Positions 29,784 through 49,135 of a stretch of 64,000 bases of DNA are shown piece by piece; within the stretch, counting starts at the first letter, position 1; each line of letters opens with the position of its first letter. The DNA comes from Bigelowiella natans CCMP2755 (taxonomy: Eukaryota > Protista > Cercozoa). Position numbers and translations under genes: made by a program. Location: assembly GCA_000320545.1 (NCBI GenBank), contig ADNK01001088.1:1-64000 (forward strand). The letters are read 5' to 3'. The notes under the pieces were generated by a model. It made no database searches. It was given only the letters and a program-made list of their open reading frames with translations, and was not told the DNA's origin.

Positions 29784-30736
29784 GAAAGGAGAAGTAGAGA
29801 AAGTACACAGGGAGCGGCACGGCTTCGAAATGACAGGACGATTTGACATCTAATTAAATGCGTCGAACCAGCCTCGTACACAGCACATGCACACATGTGC
29901 GCGCATGTATGTATATGTACATGGTGCAGCAGACTCTAGGACTTGTAGCATGTGATGGCGATACTTGTCATCATGACCATGGCATGTGTCATCACTAGAT
30001 CACATCACACAATTCATGTGTACAGCATGCACATACGCTACGTTGCTGTGTACGAGCAGTGAAGTAAAGTCTACAAGTGCAAAGCAAGCGCGGGATGTGA
30101 TGAAATGATTGAGTGTTTCCAATAGCCATCCCGATGTAACTGTGCAATGCAGCGGCTACAGCACTTAAATTGTGTTTGCTTGTCTCTCCAGCTCTACCAT
30201 GATATGTGTATATGTGTTTCATGCATTTGAATGCATTGCGTGCAACGCACACCACTCACTTTGTTTCTTGTATAGTACGTTCGTCAACAGTCTAGCAGTC
30301 TCCACACGTATCGATCCACATGCAATCTGTACGTGCCATGCCATGTGCACTAGTGCACGCTGCACACCTAGCATAGACATGTATGTAGCATGCATTCCTT
30401 TGCAACGTGCTTATAATAGCGGCAACATCTCATCATCAGATTCCACATGACTCTAGGACTGCCCAATTACACAACGATGACTTAAGACGATACGTCACAT
30501 CGCAGCCGCACATATCATCTAGATGCACATTGCTGCATTGTTGGGATATATTTGGCACACGTGTATGATCGCATGGACAATTTTACGCTACTATTTTTTC
30601 ATTAATATTACCCACCCAGTTTTCATCTAACTTAAAATTCCTCTCGATCGTTGCTTGGGAAGATCTATTAGCGTGATCGATCGTTTCTGAATGCAGAAAA
30701 TATTAGGATACAATGACATAATTGACTTATTGACTT

Positions 30737-31373
30737 TCAGACCTCTGGCGCACTCTTGGGCTTGTTATAGAGAAGTGTTTTCATTTCCTGGGCGCCGACA
30801 GGATTCTTCGTGAAAAGAGACGAATTCTCACATATACCCCTCAACTTGAAGTAGTAGAATGCATATAGCCAAGCCGAAATATTTAACTGACGCACACCAA
30901 AGTAATATATCAACAACTTATTCTCCCCGGAATTTTCTGGAAAAACTTTCTTGTCCACCTTGTACTGCAAGATGATGAGGATTTTGTTCTCAAGGAAGTT
31001 AATGTGTTTCGGTTTCACCTAAGAATGCAGCAAATGAGAACAGTCGCTACTTTCGCGGTGAAAAGTAAATAATTGCACCTCAGGATACAGAATGGTAAAG
31101 TCGACGTTACTGAGGGGTGTGTCATCCCACACTTTCTGAGCCACAACAAGGCAGCCGATGACAACCTAAACAAGAAAACGATAATGTTAGTATAACTTAT
31201 GTTGGTGAGTGTTGATGTCGAACCGGTCGCCAGTTGTCAGGAGTCAACGACATGCCCGTGAGACCCAATAGACGATTAGTGTAGACAAGAGTCACAATCC
31301 AGTTGTCAGCGTTGAATTGCCCAACCTGATGAGAGGAGGGGGGCGGGGAGATGGAGAGAGAGAGAGAGAGAGA

Positions 31374-31432
<59 letters not shown>

Positions 31433-32050
31433 GATCTATTGCATAGCTCTATAGTGTAATACGTGCTAATAAAATAGTACCTTGAAAACATTCTGCAGGA
31501 ATGTGAAAATTTCCTCTAGGCTGGGGCACTGATGGAGAATTACTTTGTGTGATTTTACTACGACGATCGAAGAAACACTAGCCTATCAGCGATATTGTTG
31601 AATTACCTCTACCACTGGATCGCGTTCCGTGAAGTAGCTTTCTCTGAAGAACGAAACGTCAAGCCTGGGCTTTTGGTGTTCGTCTTTATCTTTCAAGATA
31701 TGGCAGCATATCATCACCGAAACCGCATATTGAAGCTGTTCCGAGGAGGGCCTGACGATTGACGAACTCGAAAAAATCGAACTCGTCTAAAGTATTGGAA
31801 TGCAAAAGGCACAGGTGATAATACTACTCTGTAAGAAATAGAGCAGATTTTTCTCCGAACAGCGAATCATAACTGACTCTATCTCCCTCCCCCCCTCTCA
31901 TGAGTGCATACAAGCAACCGGTGGGTGAATGCAATTCACTAAATCGAAATTGTCCTGTTTGCGTGAAAGATGCTGCTGGTGCTGCTGCTGCTTTGTGATG
32001 CTCCTTCCTATCATGAAGCTTCCTACCGAGTTGCAGCGTCGAAGCGGCAT
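30737..32050 (-). CDS. CCNY: Cyclin Y-family cyclin
   Basis: Spliced MPLRRCNS|TSSIF.., WIVTLVYTNRLLGLTGMSLTPDNWRP|VVIGCLVVAQKVWDDTPLSNVDF.., INFLENKILIILQY, SAWLYAFYYFKLR match cyclin Y motifs (IVTLVYLERL, ASKVWDD, YAKYYFDLR). Confidence 0.85.
31378..31428. repeat. (TA)n microsatellite in a cyclin Y intron (representative of dozens of intronic SSRs)
   Basis: Direct reading. Confidence 0.95.
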
Positions 32051-32352
32051 GAGCGTGCGCCCTCAGGTGCCACTCGTCGAATTCTGAGCGCTAATGGCTG
32101 GAATTAAGGCGAAAATAGCCGAAAAACACCTGCATTAGAGCCGAAAATCATGAGATGCATTTGATCCGTCCCAGGAGACATCTAGGACATTGTGTAGTAA
32201 TTGTAGGGGCATTTAAGCACGCGACACGCGGATCTTGCGGTTCCCGAGGATTCAGGATTGCTTCATAAAAACGGCATGGATTTTGTATCTGCGACAACCA
32301 TTTTAGAGCTGTGAACAACTGGAGCCAGTGCGGAACGGTGCGTAGGATAGGA

Positions 32353-33684
32353 ATGGGGGACGAGAAGAAGTCATCCCAGCAGGCGGAGGTATCATCATGG
32401 GGTAGAGCTTGGTGGGATGGGAATTCGTCCATGTGTGTCATTAGCTACGAATGCCTCCGTTCTTCCCCCATGCTTGGCAAAAGGGGATAAAACGAGACAG
32501 CTAGCGTCGGTAGCATGCGAAATTCATAGTTTTTGATACACCCCGCGAGGAGGAGCTCAACCCGCAGGGACTCCACTCCGCTTCGCAGCAGAATGCAAAA
32601 TACGTGGGATTGCTATGAACATTCCGAAATAGTTGCGGAATACTATCCTATTTTTCTGACCTCCATTCCATTCTGTCAGCCTCGCAGTGTCATTGTCTCC
32701 AATGTATCTTCTGTGATAAATGAGGGCAACGTCCGAGACGTCTTCAAGGTACTATTGAAAGAGGAACAATCTCCTGGGAGAACATAGCAACATACGTCAT
32801 GAGTGATGATGTATAGGGAATAAAGCTTGTCCAGAGCTAGTGCCTGATGAATTGCTCTTCTCTTCTCTGTCATCATTTGTGCTACCATCGTCTATCCTTT
32901 TTTTTTACGCCGTCTTCGTCCCTTCCTTCTTCAGGAATGCGGGAAGATCAAGAGTATTGAAGCTATAAGCCAAGCGGGAAGCAAGACCCATACCTACATC
33001 ATTGTTTTCACAACAGCAAAGGTTGGAGAGACTCAGCTGCAAATGCCGATCTAATCGAACTGAATCTGCCTTCCCGTCTTCTTCCCTTGTGATGGATTTG
33101 TCAGAGTGCGACTGCCGCGCAGGCACTCTCTGGACTATCCTTAGGTGATTCAGCATTTCAAGTCACTCTGGCAACGGAAGAGAACGTTGCGCAGGCGAAG
33201 AATCCAGCAGCAGCTGCAATAGCGGCAGCGACACAAATGGCCACCACAGCTGCTGCACAGCAAGGTTTTGGTGTAATTACCGACTCTAATAGAATCTCGT
33301 TAATAGTTTACTTGCATATACGAATTAATCGACATCGTAATGATGAGACTTCCTTGTAAATTTACCTAATAAAGCTGCTCAAGTAGAAGCAGCTAAGGCG
33401 GCGGTCATGGCTGCTCAGCAGGTGAAGAGACGGAGTGCAATGATGATCATTGACGAGACCTAGTGAGAGACAGGGGGGGAGATGATGCTAGGGTGCTGAT
33501 GCTGCTCCTCTATTCCCTCCCCAACCACCATATCGATGATGCGTCTCAGGCTCAGGCGAAAGCTATGGTCAATGCCAACCTGCTCGCAGCTCTTCAAGCT
33601 ACAGCAAATCCTGGCCTCCTGGTAGAGAAGAGAATCCATCCATCCACTTGAGTGCTGCATATCAGCAACTTATCCTAAGAACGT

Positions 33685-33723
<39 letters not shown>

Positions 33724-34461
33724 TATAAATATGTGTGTGTGTGTGTGTGTGTGCGTCAATAATGTGCATTGTTCTCATGCAATCATATACGGTGTCTCTG
33801 TGCGGTTGTGCAAGAATTTGCGACTTGGAACGAATGATTCTTGGTCAACATGCCCGCATGATCATCATCATCATCACAATCGTTGTCGTCGTCATCATCA
33901 TCACTATTATCATCATCATCATCATCATCACTAGCCCTCCCTCTTCTTCCACCTACCTATACATACAGGGACCGAATCCATTAATCGCTAACCTTGCTGG
34001 GGCTACCAACCCTGCCCTCGCTCTTATGATGCAACAGCAGCAACAACGAGTAAGTCGTTATAGTGCTGCTGCTGCTGCTGATGATGATGATGTTTCAAGC
34101 GCTGTTAACACACATACACGAATGTAGACAGACAGCACTATTCAGTCACATGTCGATGATCTTATGTTATCCCCTGTCTTCTTGTAGCTGTTGATGCAGC
34201 AGCAGCTTTTGGGAATGAATCCATTAGCTAGTGCTACTGCTGCTGCTGCTGCTGCGGGCGGGGGGGCAATGACAGCTGGCCTCGCAGGAGCAACAGCTGC
34301 GACACCTGGGGGGGGGGCAACTGGTATTAGTACAAACGCCGCCAACAGCAACCAACCAGAGACGGAGGAGATGAAGCGTATAAGGGAGGCACGTGAGAAG
34401 ATAGCGAAACGTATAAAGAAGAAGACCAAGAGAGAGAAAAAGGTATTATTATTTCAAGGTG

Positions 34462-34496
<35 letters not shown>

Positions 34497-36710
34497 GAGA
34501 TGATGATAAACACTATTGCTCTTCAAAGCTTCGGCAGATGAGAAAGCAATTCAAATGTTCCTTTCGCAAAATTGAACCCTCTCTCCGTCTCTAATCCCGT
34601 CTCTAACCCCGTCTCTAATCCCATTTTTCAAACTCCTGAATAGGCGAAGAAGCGCCGTCGTGATAGCAGCCGCTCCCCCCGATCATCTCGGAGTCGATCG
34701 AGGAGGCGAAGCAGAGGGAGGAGGAGGAGGAGAAGGCGACGAAGAAGATCTCGTTCCGACAGTAAGAAGTGTAACCATTCCATCCTCCTTTCTTTAGCCA
34801 ACAACCTGCGATTATCGATGACGGTGCCTCTCTCTCTCTCCATAGTGAGATCGAAACTGCACCGCTCACTACTAACACTTCTTTGCTCATCATCATCATC
34901 ATCATCATCATCATCGCCGTCATCGTCATCTTCAATATCAGGTAGAAGTCCGGAGAGAGAGCGACGGAGAAGGTCGTCAAGGTCTAAAAGTCGTGATGAC
35001 GATGATAAGCGGAAGAGGAGAAGAAGGAGGAAGAGCGATGACGACGACGACGACGACGACGAACAACGCAGAAGAAAAACCGATAAAAAAGAAGAGAAGG
35101 GTCGGGATAATGATGATGGTGATGATGACGACGGCGAGATGAGGAGCCCTTCAAGGTCAAAACGCAGCTCAAGCGACGAGGAGGACAATGGCAAGAAGAA
35201 GAGGAAGAAGACGGCGAAACAAAAAGAGACGAGCGAGGAGAGGTAGCAAAAGCACATTTGCCGTGTACGTGGTAGAATGACGCATGTCTTACAGGGATCG
35301 AAGGAAAACATGTTGTTCATCATAACACGTTTTCAAGAATAATTCAAATATTTTTTCCGACGATAGAGTGGTTCAAACCGAGGGGGGAAAGAGTAAGAGA
35401 AAGGGGGTACTGAGAAAGAATGATGATGTCTTTGTTGTTGTTGATGATGAGAAGCATAGCTCTCATCATCATCATCATCATCCGTATATCATTCCTCACG
35501 CACACACTTCTACTCATAATCAGCTCGGAGAAGAAGGGGGAGGGGGAAGAAGTTGGAGAAGGCGATGATGATGATGAGCAGGTGGTGGTAATTGTTTGGA
35601 TGATGATTAGCGGAAAGAGCTCTACCTCTCTTCTTTTCTTCTTCTTCTTCTTCTTATTATTATTATCGACATTACTTTATCATCACCATTTTACGTCTTT
35701 CCTGCGACGCATATAATGAATTCAGCAAATCTACTGAAGTGAGATGATCCACTGATATCATCCGTTGTTTTCCTCTCCTATCCTTCGATCATCAGAAGAG
35801 CGGTGGTAATGACAATGATGATGATAATGCTGAAGCAGCTGGTGGTGATGATGCCAAGAGCAAGACAAAATCCGAGGAGGAAGGTGAGATATCGGACGAC
35901 GCAATGACATTCTTCATCACAACTATTGAATGAATTCATTGTAATACCATACCGATTCTGACAATTTAATTCCAATTGAAGGCCAACGTGATGAGGACAA
36001 AGGAGAGGGAAAAGAAGGAGGAGGCGACAACGGCGACATGGATATTGACGACGCACAGAGCGAAGACGATGACAAGAAGAAGAAGAAGAAGAAAAAGAAA
36101 TCCAAGAAGAAGTAATTTGAAAAGCCTGATATATTTCCTTGTGATGATTATTATCTTCCCCCTCCTAGCTCTTGCTTTTACTTTTAATATAATAACATCA
36201 CGAAGGCGATGATTCCAAAATCTGTACAACAAATTAGAAGTTTACATGTTCAGAGACATGTGCTGCATCGTCGTCGTCGTCCTCCTCCTCCTCCTTGACA
36301 TGTATGAAGATGGATTCCATTTTTTTTTTTATGATATAGCGCCCTGTGCAATATAGCAAATAATAGCTCAGTCGTTCTGTTTTCGCCTTCTTCCCCATTC
36401 TCTCACCATTTATTCATTTTGTTGGAAAATCTATCATAGGGACCGCAAGAGAAGCCGCGACAGAGGAGACGAAGACGAGGAGAGGGGGGGGGACAGAGAC
36501 CGCGACAACAGTAGAAGCCGTCGACGCGGTGAGAGAGATCGCGATCATCGCCGCCGGCGTCGTGATGATAGCGATGAAGAGGGGGATGGGGACAGAGACT
36601 CGCGGAGAGAAAGAAGGCGGAGGAGCAGCCGCGAGAGAGACGACGACGATGATGATAAGCGACGAAGGAACCGCGACCGTGACGATCGTGACCGACGCCG
36701 ACGTCGATAA
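32353..36710 (+). CDS. RRM + Ala/Gln-rich + Arg/Ser/Asp-rich protein (SR-related splicing factor-like)
   Basis: MGDEKKSSQQAE|PRSVIVSNVSSVINEGNVRDVFK|ECGKIKSIE..YIIVFTTAK|SATAAQALSGLSLGD forms an RRM; RS/RD-rich exons at 34.6-36.7 kb; TAA at 36708-36710. Confidence 0.75.
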
Positions 36711-37050
36711 CCATCAAGGATGATAATGCTGGGAAAACAAAGTGTAACAACAATTCCAAAATTTTTAGATCGTGGCTGACCAGTGATGTAGCGTGCAGCT
36801 ATCATGGAAGCGATGGACTACCACAGCAGCGGATTACGCATAATAACTCCCTTATCCCTGCCCACATGATCGATGTAATTATGTGACAAATATTTATTCG
36901 TTTGCAAGTTCGACTGCGCCATATTATTTGAAAAAAATGTTTTGCAGCTTTTATTTGCGTTACGGTGCCTTCGCGATGTCAAATGAGCGGTAGCCGCGGC
37001 TTTGCATAGCTACATTAAAATGACAATTGAACAAATTTAACTTGATGTCT

Positions 37051-37091
<41 letters not shown>

Positions 37092-37145
37092 ACACGTAAT
37101 ATAGACACGTAATATCATATATATAATATATGCCATTACTATGTC

Positions 37146-37185
<40 letters not shown>

Positions 37186-37593
37186 GCATATCATTGCTTC
37201 ATACGTATCCTACATATTTCATGAAATATATGTACATGCATTTACGCAGCGTAGCTGTTTACTTGGCTAGCACATGATAGCTAGATAGCACATGAAGGCC
37301 AAGTCGCCTAGCCGCCCATATATGCATGCATATAAGTAGCACTAAAATCGATGATCTAGATGATATACATCCGCAGCATCCCGTTACCAGAAAAGGGATA
37401 ATTGTCACACATTGTAAGCTTGGCAAAGTGGTCGCTTATCTATAAATGATCGATCTTAGTGAGATATGTCTAGATGTATATTTGCTGAAGCGAATGTACG
37501 GCTTTTATGGTATATATCAGTAAAACTGTGGCCACCGTACTATCCACCACGCACCTTTGACCGCATCAACGGCAATCATTATTCGCAAAACGA

Positions 37594-37631
<38 letters not shown>

Positions 37632-37647
37632 CGACGACTTGTTGTGC

Positions 37648-42199
<4,552 letters not shown>

Positions 42200-42686
42200 T
42201 CGCTTCGCTGAGGAGGATGAGAGACGGAGGCTGGCCCTTTGCAACATATCGAATCGAGGCTTGTAGGGGCGGTGATGGGTTTTGGTTACACCCACGCAGC
42301 AATTTCCTGCTAGGATACCAGATCATTCGGAAACGGGTTAAACTCTATGTCTCAGCACCAGAATCCCATGCGTTTAGCGATTAAATCCAGAGAGCCGATT
42401 TCGAACTTGTAGATTGAGCCTACGTTTGAGAGACATTTTCGACTTCTGAGTAATCAGATTTCTTGACGTAGGATCGTAATCATAGTACGTTACTGTGCTA
42501 GGAGAATTTCATGTATAAGCTTTAACTTAGCTTTGATGAGAATACATGTGCCTGTAAAATTAGCGCTGTGCACATATGCGACATAAAATTGAAAGTAAAA
42601 ATTCTGAAAACGTAAATAGGAAATTCCTACATGACATAACTTATATCTGTTATTTAGGTCTTCTGAATACTAGATTTTTTTTGAAG

Positions 42687-44947
42687 ATGGACAATTTTGA
42701 TCTGAGGTGAATAGTCTCAGATCAAAAATGGTAGGTTCCGCATCCGTATTGGCCAAGATGATTCGACTACTCATTGTCTCAAGGCTAAAACAGATGGCGT
42801 CCTGGCAATGAATAGCACGCAACCTTTTTCTGACAGCGACTACGTATGCATGAAAACATATGTACCCTCCTGCTCCTAGAATAATTAAAAAATAGGGTTC
42901 ACGAGATACACACTTGTGTGAGTCTTTGGTCGATATTCCTTGGGTTTTTATTGTTCTAAAAGACTCAACTATTTCACATACGAGCCGGTATGATCTGGTG
43001 TACAGTAGCCCCAAGGAAGTCTAGACCAATCTTCATCCGACACATATCGTATGGAATTCAAACATACAGTAGTACATCTAATAGTGACTGGTCCCTATTT
43101 GGCGCGAAACTCTCCCTTTTTGCCACAATTTTGCAGGAACTTTCTCACTTGAGCTTGCCGAAACTGCTCGCGACAGGAACATCCCAGTCGACAAGTTACC
43201 TCGAAAAGAAATAGAGAGGGTGGCTAGTTTATAGTGCGACATTAAAGTTTAGCCCAAAAACAGTATAAATTACAAGGCTTCTTCATTCAAGGAATACACA
43301 CTTGCAACCGGATTGGAGCTGAAAAGACAAAAAAAAACACAACGATTGGAACGATCCGAACGAAGCATCTATGAACAACCCACCAATAGATGTCCTCCTC
43401 AAATAAAGCTAGCATATTCATGTTTACCCAGCAATCTTAGAGAGATGTGTAGGAGATATGCAGCTTTACCGCGCTTGATTTTCGTAACTTCGTCACTAGC
43501 AGTCATAACATGTTGCATTTTTGTTCGAACCCTTCAGGACAAGTCTGAGGAACACGTTAGGGCGCTCTCCTACCGTCTCGGAAACAAGGACAACAGATCA
43601 TCTCGTTCTATTAGAGCTGCAAGATTAAAGTACATAGCGAACAGATGCATATGGATGTAATCATTTCACCCTTTTTTCTGTGCTTGTATGAAGGTACTCG
43701 GAGTGCTTCGAGCACGCCATTGTGCTGTTCCGCCTCGTGAGAAGGCTTACTATCAGTCGCCACAACAAAGCTTCAAGAATATTCAATCTTCCTGATGGTA
43801 CTTATAAATCAGAGAAATGCAGCATGTCCATCATCAACGTTATCTGCCTCCTTTCTTCGTATAGAGCATCAGAATTATCATCATTATCTTCTTCATCATT
43901 ATCATCGCTCTACATAATAATATAATCTTCTTCAGGTATCTGGTCTCGCATAGTGGCATTTGCTTTCCCAAAGGGCCATCGAGACTTGCTGAAAGCCGCT
44001 ATCATGAAATGGAACGTTGACAAAGCTCTAGCTGCTCCCATAGGAAAATTCAAAGGCTTCGCGGTATGGCTTCAGGATATTTCGAAAAAAATTTTGTGTT
44101 ACATTGGCTGTATTTATTATCAGGTCATGGTAAGAAAACGGCCCGTTCTTCCTTTTGAACTCAAAGCTCGTGAATTCGATTGTGTGTCGTGCTTCGGTAT
44201 GCGAAAACATGACACCTGAAGCGTCTACAGCCATAAACCCTTCTTTATCGTCGTCTCTAAACAACCTTCACAGGTCGAGCAGCATGCTGCCATGATGGCC
44301 GTGTACGGCTAGAAGGTATAAATGGTTCTCATTTTTCTTCTTTTCTTTTTCGTCGTCGTATTTCTTGATATTCTTCTCTGTTGATCGATCTTTGTGATTA
44401 CAGTGATTCTTACAGTGCTGTTTGTTCCCCACGTCGCCACATCATCACCATCATCATCGTATCATCATCAAGGGCATTCTCCTCATCATACACTGGCTCT
44501 TATCATCCTCCCCCACTCACTATCGAAAGGCACTGAATAACTATTACTTCCGCCCAGGTCTACAAGCAGGATCACTTCACATGGTCCATCGAGATTTCTT
44601 CTTTGATGGAGTCTTCAACCATACCCACACCAACGACCACGTCAGAATGATATTTCTTTTATCATTACTATCCCCCATACTTTCAAATAAGTAGTGTGCT
44701 AGTAAGCCTAGCGGTTCTTCTTCTTCTTCTTTCTTGTATAACTTGTGGTCTCATGAATCAACATTTGCCTGCTTGCCGTCGTTGTACTCTGATCACAGGT
44801 GTTTGAACACACGGTGAAACACCTCTTGTCTCATTGCCTCGCGGGCAAAAACAGCACGTTTATTTGCCACGGGCAAACAGGAACAGGGAAAACATACACT
44901 GTGACAGGGTAAGTAGTAAGTATCCGACAATAAATTGTCAAATACAT

Positions 44948-44981
<34 letters not shown>

Positions 44982-45364
44982 ATATTATTCGAACAGTGCT
45001 CTTTCACTTCACCTTATCAAGCGATCTCTTACGTTATCAAAATAAAAATGATGATGATGATGATGATGATGATGGGGGCACAGACATTATTGTTGCAGCT
45101 TTGAGTTATGTACTCGGTCTCTATTCCAAGAATGCAGAATCTTGTTGCACGTGCTCTATTTCCAGACGAACAGGAAAGGAAGAAGGGTATATACTCCTAG
45201 TAGCTTGATCGAGTAAATTGCCACTCAGTCTCTCCCTGCAACTGCTCAGGAGAGCCTCATCAAAGGAGGATAAAAAAGATATGTGTAGAGTTCTTTGAAC
45301 TATTTGGCAAGGAGTGCAGGGACCTGCTTGGTAAGTGACTACATTCAGATTGTGCCGTCATGGT

Positions 45365-45403
<39 letters not shown>

Positions 45404-46886
45404 GTAGGGAGGAGGGGGAGGAAAAAGATGTTAATTAAAGGAGATCCCAAGTTTTTGCAATGCCATTTTGTATATTTTCTCAATATTTTTCTTTCAGCGG
45501 ACAGAAAGCGTGTTTACCTTCGAGCAGACTCAGATAGGCGAGTGCACGCAAGGGGTGGGTGCTGATTGTTCTCCCAAAAATACTTATGAAATCATGATGC
45601 ATAAAATAAGAATTATAAACAACGACGAAAATAACGATGCAACATTCAACAATAGACACGCGCCATTCAGTTTGGCAAAGCATGGATATGCTGAAATGGA
45701 CACGTTCGTGTGAAGTCCTCCCCCCCCTCCTTGTCTCATTCTTCCTTTCTTTCGTCCTCCTTCGCAGGAGCAGTAAAAGCGGAGGCACGTTCTCTCTCGG
45801 AGCTACTTGATATATTAAAAAAGGTAAGGATATCCTGCGTTTCATCATCGTCATCAACACCATGGAAAACCATAATCGTTGCTTCTTTTCTGCTCCTCCT
45901 ACTGACTTTCATAATATGATGTTGCAAGGGTAATGCTCTTCGTGCAAGGGAGTCCACCGAAAGTAAGCACTACTTCTTGAAGAGAGGAGGAAGGGGGGGG
46001 GGGGGGGGGGGGAAGTAGGAATAGGCAGATAGAATATAAAGATAAATAACTAAATACTATTGCAACGAGTGATAGGTGTATATTGTCTTATTCGACGTAC
46101 TCGACGCATCATATGCATGCACGTACACACACTCACACACGCACACACGCACACACGCACACACGACTGAATAGATCCACATATTGCATCACCGTTGCCA
46201 CTTCAGGAAACGAGCAATCCAGTAGATCTCATAGCATTGTTCGGCTGAGTCTTCATCATGATGATGATCATCGTCATCATCAAGAACAAGATTCCCAGAA
46301 AGCGGCTGATGGTATCATAAGTACCCTATCTTTAGGTCGAATTACTCTCTGAACACAACCGCGTTTTCTGTGGCTAATCAACGCCTCCCTCACAACAAAG
46401 CGACACGACGACGATGATGATTCCTCTTCTTCTTCTTCTTCTTCTTCTTCTTCTTCTGCTGCTGCTGCTGCTGCTGTTACTGTGCTCTACGGTTGTCCTC
46501 CTCCTCCTCCTTCTCCTCCTCCTCCTCCCCCTCCTCTCAGTTGATCTGGCAGGAAGTGAGAGAAACTACGAGACCTGGTAGCTTGGTGTAAGTATTGCTA
46601 GTAGCAGCGTGGTAGTAGTAGCTACGAGAGATCGCCCCGTGCAACTGGTCATCGCAGTGTGTGTTGTGTACATATTATAATAGTAGTAGTAGGAGGAGGA
46701 GGAGGAGGAGGGGGAGGAGGGGGGAGGGGGGAAGAAGAATTAGCAAACGCCTCTCATATCGACATATAGAACCTTCATCAAAAGATGTCTACTAACGATT
46801 TGTTCTTGTTTCGCACGTATCCCCCCCTAGGCACCACACCGCAGCACAGCACAAAAAGTCGTCGTAGTTGCAGTAGTAGTAGTAGC

Positions 46887-46917
<31 letters not shown>

Positions 46918-47672
46918 AGTATTAATGCTCGTCAGTCTTAGCCATAGTATACCTAGTATATACGCTTCAAGCACACATTTCTTGGAAGAAAGATGGTTCT
47001 TCGATTGTACCTGCTTTGCTGTTTCGTGGTAGTGGCCACGATTTGCACCCGTGTCGTTGGCTTCTCTATATTATAGATTCCAGTAGTCACAAAGAACCGT
47101 GTTGATTTTCTTATGTTCATCGTCGCGACTACTAGGTTTGTGGGCATCAACCAAAGCCTTATGGCTCTGAACGCCTGCTTTCGCGCTTACAAAATTGCTC
47201 TGCAGCAAGAAGAGGAAGAGGGAGGAGGAGGAGGAGAAGAAGAGGAGGAGGAGCAGAGGGAGGGGAGCAATAGCACAGGAAAGATCGAAAGAGGAAATGA
47301 TAGCAATGATGCCAATGATGTCGCTCCTGAAAACGTGTGCAGTATTAGGTACCAAAACTAATATTGTCGAGATGATGGTGATGGCACGTTTTTGAACACA
47401 AGTGCGATACACACTAAAAGTGATACAAACCGATAATAACGATATATATATCCATGACTACCCTGTTAGCGATGGGAAAAGTGGAGGCATCAAATCAATA
47501 GCTTCGTCAGGCTCGGTCTTGATTCAAACATCACCATCAATGACGAGCACCAAGAGGGAGGAGGCGAAGAATACAGCAACAAAGTAATGCTTGCAGTAAG
47601 TGTGCATTTTATCTTTTCAATTCCATGGACTGTGTAAGCAAGTACGTGCTGTGTGGGGTTGTTTTTTATTAC

Positions 47673-47723
<51 letters not shown>

Positions 47724-48105
47724 TCTCTCTTGTGCCGAAGTTTCTGGAGCATTTGAACTACTACTCTTGTATAGTATACTGGATGGAACGAGTAATTCCT
47801 ACCTACCCCTCGTTTGAAGTAGTATCGGATGTTTTCTTGTCTTAGTTCCACAGGGGGGAGGAAAGATAAGATGAGGCTGCAACAACAACAACAACAACAA
47901 CAACAACAACCGCAGCAGCAGCAGAAGCATCAGCAGCAGTCACAAAATGAGGCACATCATCATGGCGTCGTCTTCGTTCCTTTCCATGCCTCAAGCCTTA
48001 CACACTTGCTTCGAGAGTGCTTCCAAGTAACAGCATCATACACATGACATAAGATATCATAACAACCGTTGATGAACAACTACACGAAGAAATAGAAGGG
48101 ATATT

Positions 48106-48138
<33 letters not shown>

Positions 48139-49056
48139 GCGCTCTGAGGAATACTGCTACATGTGAGTGCTCGAGTAGCCGTATCTTCACGTTGTAATAA
48201 CTCAAGCTTGAGCCGGACGACCTTGTCAGAATTTCGTAGTAAATGTTACTAATTGACGACTCCTCCCCCCCCTCCGTCGCCGCATGTTGTTGTGTCAATT
48301 TGTAATTACACAGGACACCTCTCATAAGACAGTGCTGCTCGCCACCATATCACCAACTTCGACCGATGTGGAGCACACAAGGGAGACATTAGAAAATGTA
48401 TCATCCATGATGGGGAAAAGGTCATCAAAGCTATATTATCATGCAACAACGAGAGTGCGGTGATGACCATCGCTGGTCGCTATTCAAAGTAGTCGTTGGA
48501 ACAACCCTCCTTATGCTTACTGCTGTGTTGCTGGACAAATGCTCAGGAGAGTTGAGGAGCGGCAATATGACGTTGATGTGATCGACATTCAGGTACAGTC
48601 GCCATCATGCCATCGTCATTATCATCATTGTGATTGTCATTATTATTATTTGTAGTGGAAGTTGATAGGTAGAGTGGTTGTTACCGATAACGTCGTACGA
48701 TGGTTTGGGGTGTTCTTGATGGTTGTGGTTCTTCACCATACAGCATGAAATGATGCAGCTGGGCGCTTTGAAGCACGACGTCAAGATGCGGCATTGGGAC
48801 ACAAAGAGGACGGTAGAGTTCCTCTCCAAGTATCTTCCAGAAGGTCAGCAAATTGCCGGAGTGCCTCGACATCGAACCCTGTAACAATTTGTCATCATCA
48901 TTATCAGATATTCTTACGGAATTGACAGCGAAGGTTGAATTAGTTATCATCCATCAACAGCTGTATAGCTGCTAGCCACTACTGATGATGATGATGTTGT
49001 TGATGATGATAATACTGGTGGTATGATGCTGAAGAAAGGTGCGAATCACCGATGTA

Positions 49057-49135
<79 letters not shown>

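Noticed and set aside
34584-34622. 12-bp x3 repeat (ccgtctctaa(t/c)c), superficially telomere- or CRISPR-like
   Set aside because: No spacers; an ordinary intronic minisatellite near a branch point.
37052-37185. (TA)n-flanked imperfect inverted repeat with a 13-bp tandem duplication
   Set aside because: Low complexity; self-complementarity is expected from (TA)n.
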